Assembly (NCBI RefSeq): GCF_018977255.1
Contig: NW_024704742.1
Span: 31,436,001-31,500,000 of the forward strand
Length of the DNA stretch: 64,000 nucleotides
Source: Callorhinchus milii
Taxonomy: Eukaryota
Reading direction: 5' to 3'
The first letter of the stretch is position 1. Each line of letters begins with the position of its first letter. A program made the translations under genes and the position numbers. Below the pieces are notes generated by a model. It searched no databases, had not been told where the DNA came from, and saw nothing but the letters and a program-made list of their open reading frames with translations. Below are positions 1 to 13,843 of this stretch, one piece after another.

Positions 1-557
1 TTACTACTAGCTGAGCCAGGCTGACATTTAACAGTGAAAAAACCTGGCAAAGGTTGGAAGGAAAGACAATAATATTGGATAACACAGCTGCTAGGAGCAT
101 TCAGAGTTGCAAGGACTCGTGCTCACGTAACTGTGCTTGACACAGACATGAGGTCTGTCGCTTGACTCTAATCTTCATCTGGGTAATTTGATTTTAGCAT
201 GCAATTTATATACTTAGCTACAGTAATACAAATCACACAACACCTCAGTGAAATGTAGGCAATTTGCTTTATGTCCGTCATGCAGTTATTTCAGTGCAAG
301 TCGTAACTTACCTCTATTTATAGCTCCAATTTAAACCATGAGACTGATCGTCAATCTGGTGGGATTCAGTGCTCACTGGCACACAATGACTGAACGCACC
401 CTGGGCTTCCAATGCTGAGGAGCTGTTGCTGGAGGGAGCCCCAGCAATCACTGGAGCACATTACTCCCAAGCTTCAACAGCAGATTCAGCTCTCTTGAAA
501 TGCCGTCTCTCAGATAAGTTTGCTCACTTGTATTATTGACAAGTGTATATATGATAC

Positions 558-925
558 AATAATAATCCTTGCATTTGATATAGCACCTATTATATCAAGA
601 ACGTCTCAAAACGGTTTGTAGGATTCACTGATTTACTGTGAAGTGTAGTGACTGTGTATGTGTAGCAAATCCAGCAGCCAGTTTGCCCACAGCAATGTTC
701 CACAAACAGCCATGAAGTGAATGATCAATCTTGTTTGGGGTTTGGTCGGGCAGGACACTGGGATAAATTCCCTTCTCTCTTTTCGAATAGTGTCATGGGA
801 TCTTTAATGTCTACCTGAACAGGCAGATGTCTCATTTCAGTTTAATGTCTCATTTAAAGGTCAGCACTTCTGATAATTCAGCACTCCCCCAACACTGCGC
901 TGGAATATCAACCTAAGCTATCAGC
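558..925 (-). mobile_element. SINE family B (DeuSINE/SacSINE1-like), head missing
   Basis: (ATT)n tail, TCCTTGCATTTG, and a body (CAGGACAC...GGGATCTTTAATGTCTACCTGAACAGG) shared with copies at 9560, 50826 and 61066. Confidence 0.8.
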
Positions 926-1397
926 TCAGTATGAATTGAGAGTGGAAAAAAAATGGATTTAACCTTCCCTTTAAAAAGGGCCCATGAGATTTTTGCCTTA
1001 TTCTTTTTTCCCAGCCCAATCTTACTAGCCCAGAACTAGAGCTATTTTTGAGTGAATGAGATAATGTGACAATCACCAGCAAATGCCCAGAAGTGCTGTA
1101 ATGATGTGCTTGGATTGTGTTGGGAACAATCTGAAACCAGTTTAACTCTGTGGGCTACACTTCGGGGTATTGCAGTTCAATTCCACATCATTGTCCACAT
1201 CTCAGGCTATCCTCGATAACAACTGGAATTTAAGGGAAAGGAGACTCTTCAGTTAGTGCTATGAATGGAAACTCCTCACCCCTTAATAAGTCCCAAGTGG
1301 AGAATTTTGTTTCTTTTCACCTTGATCAATTGCAGTCCTCAAACTAGTTTCTATTACAGGAGTCTATGGAATCCATCAACAGCTTCACTTAACATTT

Positions 1398-1790
1398 AAC
1401 AACAACAACAATTAACATTTATATAGCGTTGTCAGGAAGACAACTCAAAGTGCTTCACACAGCCTGGTAACTGTCCCGAGCTGGGTTGAGAGTTTGGGGC
1501 AGGTGTTGGTTAAGGTGGCTAAAGTGTAGTAAGAAAGATAGGTGATGAGGTGTGGATTCAATGTGGGTGAGGTGTACGCATCCCAGAGGGCACAGAATGG
1601 CTGAAAGTTCAATTACTTATAGTGGGGTAGATCGACCAAGGGACATGAAGGTAAGTATTTACGGAATGGAGGGAGCAGCTGAGGCAGCAGGGTTACAGAG
1701 ATGGGGTGAGATGAGACCATGGCAGCATTTAAAAGTGAGGATGAGAATCTTGAATTGCATCCACTGGGGAATGGGGATCTCAAGCTTCAT
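1398..1790 (-). mobile_element. L2 LINE 3' fragment, degenerate
   Basis: (CAA)n tail plus CATTTATATAGCG, then purine-rich antisense ORF2 C-terminus like the copies at 20648 and 22187. Confidence 0.7.
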
Positions 1791-1889
1791 TAATGTAGGA
1801 TAAACATTCTGAAGTGCTTCAGACAAATGATAAGGAGGAAGGAGAATTTAAAGGTACTGACCAAAGTTATGGTTAAAAAGATACAGTTT

Positions 1890-2058
1890 TAGAATCACAG
1901 AAATTTATAGAAGTGAAGGAGGCCATTTGGCTCATTATGTCTGTTCTGGCTCTTTGAAAGAGCAGTTTATTAAATCCCATCCTCCATTTCTCTTTTTCTA
2001 TATCTACCTTTTTCAATTTATTTAAAGCTTATTTTCTCTTAAAAGCTAATATAGACTT
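1890..2058 (-). mobile_element. CR1 3' fragment apparently inserted in an old L2 fragment (~1800-2160)
   Basis: AGAATCACAGAA...GGAGGCCATTTGGC matches the CR1 3' end; L2-like purine-rich sequence on both sides. Confidence 0.55.
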
Positions 2059-4465
2059 CAAGAGGGGCAAGAGGGTATTGAAGCCAGGGAGAGAAGGAGC
2101 AAAGCAAAGGGATTTTGGATGAATTCCAGAGAGCGGGTCATAGTAGCTCAAGACTCAACCCATTTACATTGAGAAATACTACAATATTGAGCCCATTAAA
2201 TATTTCATACAGACCAGTCTTTGGTTTTAGCATGATAGTGGGTTGTCAGATGAAGGTCACACACAACGAGTGTGCACTTCCCTTGGATCAATTCTAGCAA
2301 ATTTGTTGACATGGGCAAAGTGTTATTCTGCTCCATTCCCTACATTCAGCAAATTGTTGCCAGCCGTTTATAATTACATGGAATGGATTTTTAAATTATA
2401 AGTCATGTTATCTTCTAAATCTAAGACTCAATCGCTTGCACATCATTGGGTGCTGGGTATTAATAAGTGCACAGCCACAAATCGTTACCGAAAAACGCAT
2501 GGAACTGAACAGCACTTAGCCCACATCAGCACCAGTGAAGCAATGGAGCCGTGTAATTATAACCAAGGTTGGGATGATTTGTATCCTGATGTTCTGCTGA
2601 CTGAATAAACTGTGTATCTGAAACAGTCATATCTGTTCTGTGCAAGGTTTAGATGGCATTCAAGGTTGCAAGGTTTAGATGGCGCGCTCTGCACATGGGC
2701 TAAGGGTATGATTGCGCAGAACAACCAAACCATGTTTGTTTTATTTGTATCCCAACTGAAAGTGCCATGGATTGGGTGGTATAAATGGAGCTTCGTGCTC
2801 CACAGTGCTGGGGGTAAAGTCTCAACAGTATAGCCACAACATAACAGACATCTCCAGTGTCAGAGCATCAATTAGCTGTCTATACTCAAACGTGGATGTA
2901 AACGTAATAATTTCTGAACTGTTCGATTGCATTAAAAGCTCTTTTATCCTCAAGGTTCCTGGTGATATTAAGCAGGTCACTTGTATATCTGCTCGGTGTC
3001 ATACTGAGAAGATCAACCAGTGAAGTTTCAGGTCTGTCCTCAGTTACCATCAGCCCTGATCTCATTATGCCTGGGCTGCTTCAGATTGATAGCCAGTGGT
3101 CCTCTCTGTTGGACTGTGCAGAAGTACACATAACAGCTGAGACAAAAGAATTGGGCTTGATTGTGGTCTCCCTTCCATTATCAACGTTGGCTGCCTATTT
3201 GGGCGGATGATGTCTTGTGGTGTGCAAGTTCCAAGAGGATAATTGATTCTCGGAAAGGTAAGTTATAATTGTAGCCATTTGCACTTCCAATGTGTTGATT
3301 TCAAATATTCCATTAATGTAGTGCGATGGATGTGGAGAGGGTTTACCGCACATTAGTGGAAAGCATTTACTGCATATTAGCAGAGAGGGTTTATTGCACA
3401 TACTGGAGTATGCAGAAATGTTCTGTTAATAGTGCACGATTCCCCCACGTACATCAGAACGATTAAAGGGCAGAGTGCAAGGCCATGGCATTGGCAATAA
3501 AAAGTCTGCCTAGATCTAAAAAAAACTAATGGAACAGGCTTGATGGGTTGAATGGTCTCCTATCCCTGTTTCCCTACGTTTCTATGTTCCTCGAAAGATA
3601 CGTACATTTTCTCATGACAGAGGGATCCAGGACATTGTTAAAGACAGGGCACTGACTGCACTGTGACTGGGCTGTGCTGCCTTTATTCAGCGAGCGCAGA
3701 TTAAGGTCCAAGTATGACTTGTAACAGCGCTAATGATGGTTGTGTACATTGATAAATAAGAAACAGACACCAAAGGAAGTCAGGAATCCAACTGGTTCCT
3801 TCTGCACAAATAAAATGAATTCAAACAGTCTTCTTATTTGCATCAATCAAACTTGTGCTATGGCAGGAAAGAGATGGGATTTGCAGCAGTCAGCACCAGT
3901 TAAGTGCTGGTGTTTATCAGGTTATGATTTTTCAGCGAGTACTGGACAATCTCAGCAGCATTTCTTGGCAGGAGTGCAGTTTAAATCCCCTGTTCAGCAC
4001 ATCTCCAACTCCAGGGATGTCATCTTTAAATACTTTGATGTGCAGAGGACTGCTTCCTTGAGTGAATCTATTCACATAAGTATTTCAAGAATCTGAAACA
4101 TTTAGTTGTTTGATTGTCTTGTGATTTGAACTAACCGTTTGCTTTATGACTATTATTTAAGCAACATAACTATTTACTTGGATTGACTATTGTTTTATTA
4201 CTGGGGTGTATGCAATAAACCCACTCAACATCCATCACAATACATTAATGTAGTATTTGGAATCTACACATTGGAAACGGCTAGAATTATAAGTTACCTT
4301 TTGGGAGAATAAATTATCCTATTGGAATTTTTGTATACCAAATCCTCCCAAATAGGCAGCAGATGTCCATATTTCTCCATCTCTCCTGAAAGTTCCTGAC
4401 TAATGTAGGGGTATGGTACGATTGGTGTCAGGTGACCTCCAATTTCTCAGCCAAATAGTCTTTAT

Positions 4466-4830
4466 TTGGTATGGCGTCTCTTATACCGGGAGAATGTTTC
4501 AAAGCCCTTCACAGGATTTAACTGTAAAGTTTAGTCACTGTGTTATTGTAGGTGAACACAGCAATCAATTTACACACAATAATAATAATAATTTACACAC
4601 ACCAATGTCCCACAACAAGCCATGGATTGAGTGACTAATTTTATTTGGGGGGTTGCTGCAAGGACATTGGGAGGAACTCTCTTCTCTTTTCAGGTCTTTA
4701 ACATCCACTAACCAGGTAGATGGGACCTCAGTTCAACATCTCATCCAAAAGATGACATTTCTGACAAGTCAATACATCCCCCAGCACTGCAGTGGAGTGT
4801 CAGCTGGATGTCTGCAGCCTATCCTACTGT
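4466..4830 (-). mobile_element. SINE family B, partial
   Basis: CAATGTCCCACAA, TCTTTAACATCCAC and CAGCACTGCAGTGGAGTGTCAG motifs shared with other copies. Confidence 0.7.
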
Positions 4831-5361
4831 GGGGAGAGAGAAAGCCAAGTCTGATTCTGCCCACATCCACTTTCCAAAGTGCTTTTTAACAAGAAATCAG
4901 AAGCAGAAATTCTTGGCTGCTTCTTCCCTTCCTTAACCCAACAGTTCTGAGCCCCTATTGCAGAGCTCAAACTGCTGGCCATATGAGGACAACTAACAGC
5001 ACAGTTGGCAGATTGAACTTTGATGTTCTGCAAATATTTTTCTTGCAAACATTTTTTTCTGGGGTAAATTGCTACTTTGCGATCAGTAAAGGGAGGTTTT
5101 TGAGTGCTGGAAAATGGTGCGCCGTCCAACATTGAATTAAACGGTGCGGTCTGGAAATATGCTGCAATAGAAGGAGGCTAAAGTGCAGCCCTAAACTTAT
5201 ATAGTTCTAAAACTAGATCACCTTTTTTCTAGTTGTTTGCACACCAAATATGAAAGTGAGTGAGGAGAAAGGTTTCTAGATCTCAATATTCATCTTCCCC
5301 AATTTTTGCTGGTCTAGTTAAGGAGCAGGCTGAAGTTGGGGTACGGTTTCCCAAGCAATAC

Positions 5362-5698
5362 CACCACCACCACCAATGACAACTTGCATTTATACAACAC
5401 CCTTCACGCACAATAGTGTCTTGGAGCCCTGCACAGTGGCGGGTTGGACTCCAAGCAAACGAGATGGGGGAAGGGGAGGTGACCATAGGTGCGATTGAAG
5501 AGGTAGGGGTTAAAGTGCAATTTAAAAATAAAGAGAGGTAGGCTCAAACTCCTAAACTGGATGTTGAAGTTGATTCCATAACAGCATTTAAAAGGGAATT
5601 GGGTGGAGGGACTGAGGGAGGGATTTCTAGAGGTTAGGAGTGTGTGACATGAATGCTCAACCTCCCATGGTGGCCTGCTTTAGCTGAGAGAATGGGGA
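5362..5698 (-). mobile_element. L2 3' fragment
   Basis: CAACTTGCATTTATACAACACCC tail followed by purine-rich antisense body. Confidence 0.65.
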
Positions 5699-5807
5699 AG
5701 GCAGAGGAGGGGGTGTCCAGGCAGAGGAGGGGGTGTCCAGGCAGAGGAGAGTGTATGTCCAAGCAGTGGAGGGGTGTGTCCAGTCAGAGGAGGTGGGTGT
5801 TCAGGCA
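5699..5807 (+). repeat. G-rich minisatellite, ~5 units of 20-21 bp (GGCAGAGGAGGGGGTGTCCA)
   Basis: Direct tandem copies visible; first two identical. Confidence 0.9.
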
Positions 5808-6654
5808 CTGACACTTTCTGATCTCACCAGATGATCATTCTTTATTGTGGAGCTAGTTAGTGCCAGAGTCTGGGAGGAATCACAACTAGGTGTGTCCTCA
5901 TCTGCCATCCACATGCAAGACTCTCTAGCAGAAATCACTGGATAATGACATTAGGCTCAGTTTTACACTGGGGTGTAACAGGAATGGAAACAACTACATT
6001 AGTACCAGTTTGGACCAGAAAAAATACAATTATTTTCAAATTAATTCTAAAGATCTGTAGCAAAATAATGATACATATTAGTTCTCGTTTAGAATCATAC
6101 AAGGCTATTCAGGTCATTGTATCTACTTGTATCAGTTGTCCCATTGGAGACATCTTCTCTAATCCTTTAATATTTTAATATTTTTTTATCAAATATTTAC
6201 TAATTCACTTTTAAATGCTGTTATGGAATCAACGTCAACAGCCAGCTTAGGAGCTTGAATCACTTACACATTACATTTTAGCTGGACAATATCTGACAGT
6301 AATAGTTTCAGTCCGAAATGGGTCCCATTTAACAAATTTTTGGACTAATTTCCATTCTCTGATGAGTGGTCACCACAGCACAATGGTCCACTGTTTTGTA
6401 GCATTGTTCTGTCTCGGGATCAAATCTGCCTGTGATCCAAGGGCTGAAAGGTGTCTACCCAGTTAATGGCCATGAGTCAAATAAGTTCTGGAATTCTCAA
6501 TTTTTAGTACGCACGAGTTCAGAGTCTCAGCTAACCCGAGCAAGACAAGCATACTAGAGCTGTGGGAGGAGAGTGTGTGGTGGGAGCTGTGGGGTGGGTT
6601 GGGGGAGAGTAGTGAGGAGCTGGAACCTTTTTCTTTGCATAGAATTACACAAAA

Positions 6655-6890
6655 CATTACAACATTACAGCATGGAAACAGACCATTCAACCCAACTTAT
6701 CCGTACCGTTTATACTCCCTCGAGTCCGCACTGCTCCTATTCCCCTCTTCGATATATCTCTGTTTCCTTCGCCCACATGTATGCATCAAGTTCCTTTTTA
6801 AATACATTGACGCTTTCTGCTTCAATCACAACTCCCAGCATTGCATTCCCTCTGCCTGGATAAGTTGCTCCTAAACTTCCTATCACCTGC
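6655..6890 (-). mobile_element. CR1 3' fragment
   Basis: ACAGCATGGAAACAGACCATTCAACCC; antisense frame reads AESVNVFKKELDAYM, typical of the CR1 ORF2 C-terminus. Confidence 0.75.
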
Positions 6891-7234
6891 TCATGGCTGT
6901 CTGATATTTGCATCCCCTTGCTTCTTAATGGTTTGAAGTGGCTTTCGACCATTACAATTTACCTGTGCCATACCTGAACAAGAACTCTGAAACATTTTTT
7001 TCTAAAGTAGAGTAATGTTACATTCTGTAGTGCTGCCATTGAAGGATTTGTTAAGTGCACTTTAGCATTCAGTGGGGACCCTGGATCAGTAATGAAATAT
7101 GTGAATGGTTGTCACACGATTGATTACTTTTGCAAGTCAGCTTTATAACCAGCGGGGGCACAATTGCAGAAATATCAGGGTTTAAATATAGTTTATTCCA
7201 ATCTAATAAAATATCTACTTCCCAGAAATGTTGT

Positions 7235-7455
7235 GGGGGAGAAATTCCACCTGGGACTAGATTTACTATCTTAGCTTTTCAGAGCATTCAAAATTTGGCA
7301 AATTATTGAACGCAGTTTTACTTTTGAAGTTGTTGTTTCTGTAATTCATAAACAAAAACGTTAACAGAAAACCTGTTTCAAAATTAAGCATTTGTGAAAT
7401 GCTAGATATCCTGAAATGCTACATAAATAAAGTAAATCTAGACCCAGGTCAAATT
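7235..7455. mobile_element. Foldback MITE family M1, copy 1
   Basis: Left end GGGGAGAAATTCCACCTGGGACTAGATTTACT is inverse to right end AGTAAATCTAGACCCAGGTCAAATT. Confidence 0.75.
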
Positions 7456-7798
7456 ATTGATATTTTATTAGATTTTACTAAACTAGGTTGGTCACAATAC
7501 TTGCTCATCTGATTATAGTACCTAGCGAAACAAACTCTAAAGAAATAGCTACATTTCTTTCATGAGTGACTGATAAGACAATATTTCTCAAGAAAATAAT
7601 GTTTCTTGTAGTGTTTCTTTTAAAAACAAATGTAAATATATACAGAATACACTTGATTTAATTTGGTGAGAAATCTGCCTGATCAGGAACATACTTTTAT
7701 AATGCTCGCATTTAACTCCCTTGTTAAAGATGGCAAAATTACTTCCAAACCAGTAGATATCTTTAGAAGGAGATTTATTTCCACTTTAGGAATATACA

Positions 7799-7972
7799 GG
7801 GAGAAATTGGACTAGGGACTAGATGTATTTAAATTAAATTAACATTTCTTAAAAATTATACATAGAAAAACACTTCAAAATTAAGGCTGTATTTAAGAAT
7901 TTGCTAAATTCTGCACACACTGAAAATTCTACATAAATAGAGTAATTCCTGACCCAGGTGGAATTTCTACCT
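7799..7972. mobile_element. Foldback MITE family M1, copy 2
   Basis: GGGAGAAATTGGACTAGGGACTAGA ... GACCCAGGTGGAATTTCTACC. Confidence 0.7.
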
Positions 7973-8217
7973 CCACCCACCATAGTCAGCACAGATGATC
8001 TGCACATTATTTTTATCACAAGCAAATTATATGATGATGGTTTTATAGATGCATGTTAATAAACTGTGGGAAAAAGGCTAACCATTCTTTAAGAGGAGGA
8101 AGTAAAACCTTGAACAGTGACACTCAAAAGCTCTGGTAAAATCTGTTTGCTGGTTAGATATTGTAAGATATCTCCGTCAAACGATCCCAGCTTTCTCACC
8201 ATCACGGTAAATGCATT

Positions 8218-8509
8218 AGAGTCCTGTAGCTCAGTGGTTAGAGCACTCGCCTCACAAGCCTCAGGGCGAAACCTTGGGCAAGTTTCCTTACTCCACATGC
8301 CTGATAATAATCCCTCAAGAAAAAAAAACAATAATAATTTGGCCACTCAATCCACAACTGTTTGTGTGACATTGCTGTGCGCAATTGGCTGCCGCGTTTC
8401 ACCCACAAATATACAGTCAATTCACCTTACAGTATATTCTGTGAAGTGCTTTGAGACTTCTAGAAGACGTGAAAAGCACTATATCAAATGCAAGGATTAT
8501 TATTATTAT
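8218..8509 (+). mobile_element. SINE family A (tRNA-Ala-like head, L2-like tail), short form
   Basis: GTCCTGTAGCTCAGTGGTTAGAGCACTCGC head (A box), GCAATTGGCTGCCGCGTTTC core, ATCAAATGCAAGG(ATT)n tail. Confidence 0.9.
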
Positions 8510-8973
8510 GAGAGATTAAGCAAAATGACTGCTTATAAGAAAAGTATTAGCATTTATCAGGAATGTAGTCTTGCTCTTATCAAAATTGCGGCTTGTGTAG
8601 AACACAGGCAATAGTTTTAAGAATTCAAAATATGCAGTGATTTTTTAAAATAATTTTTGTTGTTTGCTGAACAAAAGATAGTTTGTTGCCAAGTGACATG
8701 TAGATCTCAGGCCTGTCCCACCTGCTCATTGAGTAGGTTTTAGCCGGTGTGTGCGTGGGTGGTTTGTGTGTATGTGTCTGTGTGTGTGGAACAAAGACTA
8801 CGCCCCCTCATCAGCAGATAATATAATCACAGGCAAATACCTATAAACTAATTGTTTTTGAAGATGACATTTTTTTCTGTGCAACGTCTTTGGGAAATAT
8901 AACAAGTGCAATGTTCGTACAGGGCTGTGTGAAGTCAGACCATCGGAGACATCTTTGAGCTAGATTTTGTATT

Positions 8974-9270
8974 AACAACAATTTGCATTTAAATAGCGCC
9001 CTTCATGCGAGGTAGCGTCTCAGAGCGCATAACAATGGCGGAGCCTGATGCCGAGCCGGGGGGAGGGAGGAGGTGACCGTGAGCACGATTGAAGAGGAAG
9101 ATCTTCAGTCATGATCTAAAAGAGGGAAAGGAGGGCGCAAGGTGGAGAGATTGGGGAGAGTGTTCCAAAGCTTCGGGGGATAGTGTCTGAAAGTGCGGCC
9201 GCGATGGGTAGTGGAGGGGACGAGGGATATGTAGGAGGCCTGAGCCAGCCAAGTGGAGGCAGAGGGTAGT
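8974..9270 (-). mobile_element. L2 3' fragment
   Basis: (CAA) tail, ATAGCGCCCTTC; antisense frame reads GRTFRHYPPKLWNTLP, the L2 ORF2 C-terminus. Confidence 0.8.
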
Positions 9271-9348
9271 GGAGTATTAAATTCAAACGCCTGCCTCAGG
9301 TAAAGCAAAAATGATCATAGTTAGGATCTGAAAAGATAGGGGAGGGAA

Positions 9349-9364
9349 GCTGCCATCTGGTGAA
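9349..9364 (-). promoter_or_regulatory. Candidate CTCF motif
   Basis: Minus strand TCACCAGATGGCAGC is close to the CTCF core CCASYAGRKGGCRS; motif match only. Confidence 0.25.
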
Positions 9365-9559
9365 GGAATGCCACAATTTTTAATCCCCTTTTTGTTTCTA
9401 AATTAGGAGATACTGTGTATATTCTTTTCTGATTGCTTTGCCCAGGGCTATTTTATGAAAAGCCTTTCGAAAAACGATAAATAAAACTTTCTGTCGCGGG
9501 TTTGCAATCACTTTTACTGTATCTGAACTGACCAGGGCACTGAAACATCCTCATGATGA

Positions 9560-9940
9560 TAAAAGTAATTACGCTATCAAAACATCTCAAAGTGCTTCAC
9601 AGAATTTACTGTAAAGTGCAGTGACTGTATTTTGTAGGTGGAAAGCAGCAGCCAATTTCCACGCAGGAAGGTTCCACAAACTGCCATTATTGAATGACCA
9701 ATCTTATTTGGGGGTTTCTTGCCCAGGACACCAGGAGAAACTCCCTTCTCTTTTCAGATAGTGCTATGGGATCTTTAACATCCACCTGAATGGGCAGCTG
9801 GGGCCTCAGTTTAATATCTCATCTGAAGAATGGCACCTCTGGCATTGCAGCGCTTCCCCAGCACTGCGCTGGCGTGGGGCTTTGACCCACAACTTTCTGA
9901 CTCAAGGGTGAGAGTTCTGAAACTGAGACAGGCTGACACC
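9560..9940 (-). mobile_element. SINE family B, near full-length
   Basis: Head end ACAACTTTCTGACTCAAGGG...CAGGCTGACAC, plus body and tail. Confidence 0.85.
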
Positions 9941-11614
9941 TGATAATCACAGGAACGTGATAAAAGTTTCAGATGGATTAGAACTAGTCAAAACATCTGC
10001 AACAAAAAGAAATTGTAATCAAAACAATTGAACTAATATATTTTCCCAATACATTTTCAACTGCAGATGCTGTCCAGCAACTAGCAAGCTGAATAATTAG
10101 GTTCATTGAAGAGTTCCTCGACCTTAGTTTCTGATAATACATTGCTCGTGGAGTGATTGTTCACTAGTAATGGTTCTCGTCCTGGTCAGTTTATGCACTG
10201 TAAATTTGTTACACTTCAGTACATTACTCTTTGCAAATGAACTATTTCAAAAGGTTAATTAGGTAGTTACAAGGTCTCTGGTGCAGTGAGTGCAACTCAG
10301 CAGTTGACTGTTCAGTCCCTCCTTCCCTGCCTATCACTCCTGCCTTGGTTTTGCCTCGAACAGTAGAGAATAAAATAACAGTCATCCAGGCATTTGGCAT
10401 AGCGTCCTTCACATCGTGCGTACATCTCAAAGTGCTTCACAGGATGCACTTTGTTGCAGTGACTGAATTTTGTAGGCAAACAACAAAAAAATATATTTCT
10501 ATTGCCTTTCACATCAGGAGGACATCCCAAGGCATTGAATAGTCGAGGATTTCGACCAGGCAGCCAATTTGTGCACAGCAATGTCTGACAAACAAGCGTA
10601 AAGCAAAATCACCACAAATCAAATAGCAGGGTGTAATTTCAGATATTGTTTAATTCAGTCACCCTGCGGGAACTCCCTCCAAAAGTAAATCTATTCAAAT
10701 CAGAGTTCCCATGGGCCAGCGTGACATACTTCCAGTTACCATAAGTCCTCATTTGCGAGACTAAAATCCATTACGAAATAGCGCAAAATAAACCCCAATA
10801 TAATTGGATCTCACAGGAAGACAAGCTTAGTGCTATATTGGAATGTCAAAGCAGTGTTGCTTTTGAGTGTCAGACCAGTACTGACAGCAGTGGAGTGGGA
10901 GCTCAAGTCTCGATGTTGGTTTGATTTCTTCTGATTCGGATGGGTGAGTGCTCCTGACTGAGCCTGAACATGCAAACACCTGAACAAAGCTGTTAGGGTG
11001 CCGGAAACCTGTTGACGATTAGTCTCAGACACTTTCATTCTCTGCTGTTTACCTGGGATCTGTCAGGATTACAAGCTACTTGCAATGTGTAGGAGTGTCA
11101 TTCCCAGTGTCAGTTTGATACCTATCACCAGTAGGATTTCAACAGTTACAATCCTTTACAAAGCCACGTTTTCTGCCCCTTTGTTACCAGCCTGGGACGA
11201 GGTGTCTCACTTCTGCTGCTAATGCATCTTTGCATGTTCTGTCTCCCATGGTAAAAATGTGCTAACTGACAGGGACACATTGCTGTAGGTCTATCAAAAT
11301 CAATGCACTGATGGAACTGAGCGGTGTCTGAGCATGACAGAAACAAAATGCTGAATAAGCATATATTGAGTGATATGAATAATGTCACCTCTTCTCAGCT
11401 CAGATGGTTCTCTCTGAAGCTGCTTGCGATGCGATCAATGTATTTTTAAAAACCTGTTATTCATGTACAGTATTACATACCTCACCAGTTTCAGTGCACT
11501 ATTTGGATATTTGGAAATTAATTTCAAAGATTAAGCTTGACTGTTCAGTATTATGGAACCCTAGGAAGGTGCAGCTCCACAACAGTCCACGATAGTCCAT
11601 CTGCCCAGTCGGTC

Positions 11615-12020
11615 TCAACAACAACACAACTTTAGGGTTTACATTAACTTTATATTTATTACAGCGCTTTTCACAGCAGGAGTTGTTCTCAAAGAACTTC
11701 ACATAGCTGACTGGGAGCCTGCACTGGGGGTGAGTGTAGCTGAGGAAGGAGAGGGAGGAGAAAGGTGACCAAAGATCCAAACCCTAGTCGAAAAAAAGGC
11801 TTAAGGTGGACTTTAAAAGTGGATAGGGAGGGGGTGAGGTAGACGACCCCAGGATGGATGGAGCAGGATGAGCAGAATGTCTGAAAGCTCATCCACTGAT
11901 GGACGGGGATACGAAGCAAGCTGGTGTTCTCTGAGCAGAGGGAATGGACGGGTTGGTAGGGTTGCAGTGGGGGCCTCCCAAAGGTAGGATGGGACGAGGT
12001 TGTGGAGGGATTTGAACATC
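11615..12020 (-). mobile_element. L2 3' fragment
   Basis: Antisense frame reads FKSLHNLVPSYL...LSTFKVHLKPFF. Confidence 0.75.
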
Positions 12021-12021
12021 T

Positions 12022-12570
12022 TAGAATACTGTACAGTTCTGGTCCCCGCATTATAGAAGGGATGTAGAGGCACTGGAGAGGGTGCAAAGGAGATTCATAA
12101 GGATGATCCCAGAACTGAGAGGTTATACCTATCAGGAAAGGCTGAACATGCTTGGACTCTTTTCTTTTGAAAAGAGGAGGGTGAGGGATGACCTGATAGA
12201 GGTCTTTAAAATGATGAAAGGTTTTGATAGGATAGACATAGGGAAGATGTTTCCATTTGTGAGGGAGACCAAAACCAGGGGCCATTAATATAAAATAGTC
12301 ACAAATAGGGAAGTTAGAAGAAATTTCTTCACACAGAGATTAGTGGGAATGTGGAACATGCTACCACAAGGAGTTGTTGAGGCAAATAGCAAAGATATAT
12401 TTAAGGGAAAGTTAGATATGTACATGAGGGAGAAAGGAATAGAAGGTAATGCTTGAAGGCTTAGTTGAGGAAGGGCAGGAGGAGGCTCGTGTGGACTATA
12501 AACACCGGCATAGACCAATTGGTCCGAATGGCCTGTTTCTGTGCTGTATATTCTAATGTATTCTAATGTA
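12022..12570 (+). mobile_element. CR1 3' fragment (ORF2 C-terminus + 3'UTR)
   Basis: QRRFIRMIPELRGYTYQERLNMLGLFSFEKRRVRDDLIEVFKMMKG; ends in (TTCTAATGTA)2. Confidence 0.92.
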
Positions 12571-13116
12571 TCTCATTTTTAAATGCCAGTTCAAGTATCC
12601 CCTTCTTCCACATACCTTTCATGATCAAAAAACCTCCATCTAATTCCCTATGAGATTGCTGACACTGGGGCAGTAAAACTATTTTAAATGCGCTGTTTAT
12701 TCTTCTTTTCCAACCTGCTTTCAGACGCAACAGAAAGATTATTTGGTAAAATCAATGGCTGGAGGGAATAATTCACAGCCTGTAATAGTCTTTTCCCAGC
12801 CATTATATCTCTAATAGGGCCTTTAACTTTGCTGTTTGAAGCAGTTAAAGTCAGGTTGGAAAATCTATTTCCCTTTCCAAACGGACTTTAATTGCTGTGA
12901 ACAGAAAAGTAAAATACTGTAACAGAAAAATAATGGTTAGGAAAACATGATTAGAGTTTGTAAATTCCCTGGTTGTTGAGGAATGCCAAGCAATTTTGTT
13001 TTTGTTGTAGCAGGTTTTGTAATCAGGTTAGAAAGCAGACTCAGGGGAAGGGTATGGTGAAGGAGAACAAGGACATGTACAAATAAGGCAGAAAATTTAC
13101 TATACATTATAATCTT

Positions 13117-13640
13117 AATAATAATCCTTGCATTTGAGATAGTGGCTCAACATGTCGTTGAGACATCTCAAGTGCTTTACAGAATATACTGTATTGTGTA
13201 TATTTTGTCAGCAGAATTTGGGGATGAGTGGACCTTTGGATGGTTTCAGTGCTATTTAGGGTGAGGTCCGAATTCTTTCACAGGAATTACTGCAGAATAT
13301 AGTGATTTTTTGTAGTCAATGATTGCAGACAATTTGCAGCATTGTCCCACAAACATCCCTGAAGTAAATGATCAATCTTATCTGGAGGATTGATGGCCAG
13401 GACACCAGGAGTAATTCCCTATTCTTTTCAAAGATTGGCATAAGATTTTTGACATCCACCTGAACAGGGAGCTTGGACCTCAGTTTAGTATCTCATCTGA
13501 AGAACAGTGTCTCTGGTAATACAGTGCTCCTCCAGCACTGTACTGAACTGGCAGCTTAGACTGTGAGCCTGATGTAGGGCTTGAACCCACAACCTTCTGA
13601 CTCAGTGATGAGAGTGTTACCAATTGAGCCAGTAATACAC
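13117..13640 (-). mobile_element. SINE family B (composite with an extra tail fragment)
   Basis: Tail at ~13117-13200; body; head GGGCTTGAACCCACAACCTTCTGACTCAG. Confidence 0.8.
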
Positions 13641-13843
13641 ACTTACCCCCAATGACTGGTCTGCCACTTCAAATGCTACCAATGATAACAAAAACAACTT
13701 GCACTTATATAGCACTCTCCACTCAGGGTACCGTCTCAGAGCTGTATAATTGGCTGGTGTATTATTATTATTGCATTATTAACAGTGCCCTAGAGTACTG
13801 CAATACCACTTGGTTAGACTGCCATAGAGAACTGACTGTATAC

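Noticed and set aside
2641..2683. 17-bp direct duplication TGCAAGGTTTAGATGGC with a CTCF-like AGATGGCGC
   Set aside because: Simple local slippage; the 5' half of the CTCF motif is absent.
8117..8614. 165-aa ORF with look-alikes at 16444, 46180 and 58231 suggesting a gene family
   Set aside because: Similarity comes from translating the same SINE.
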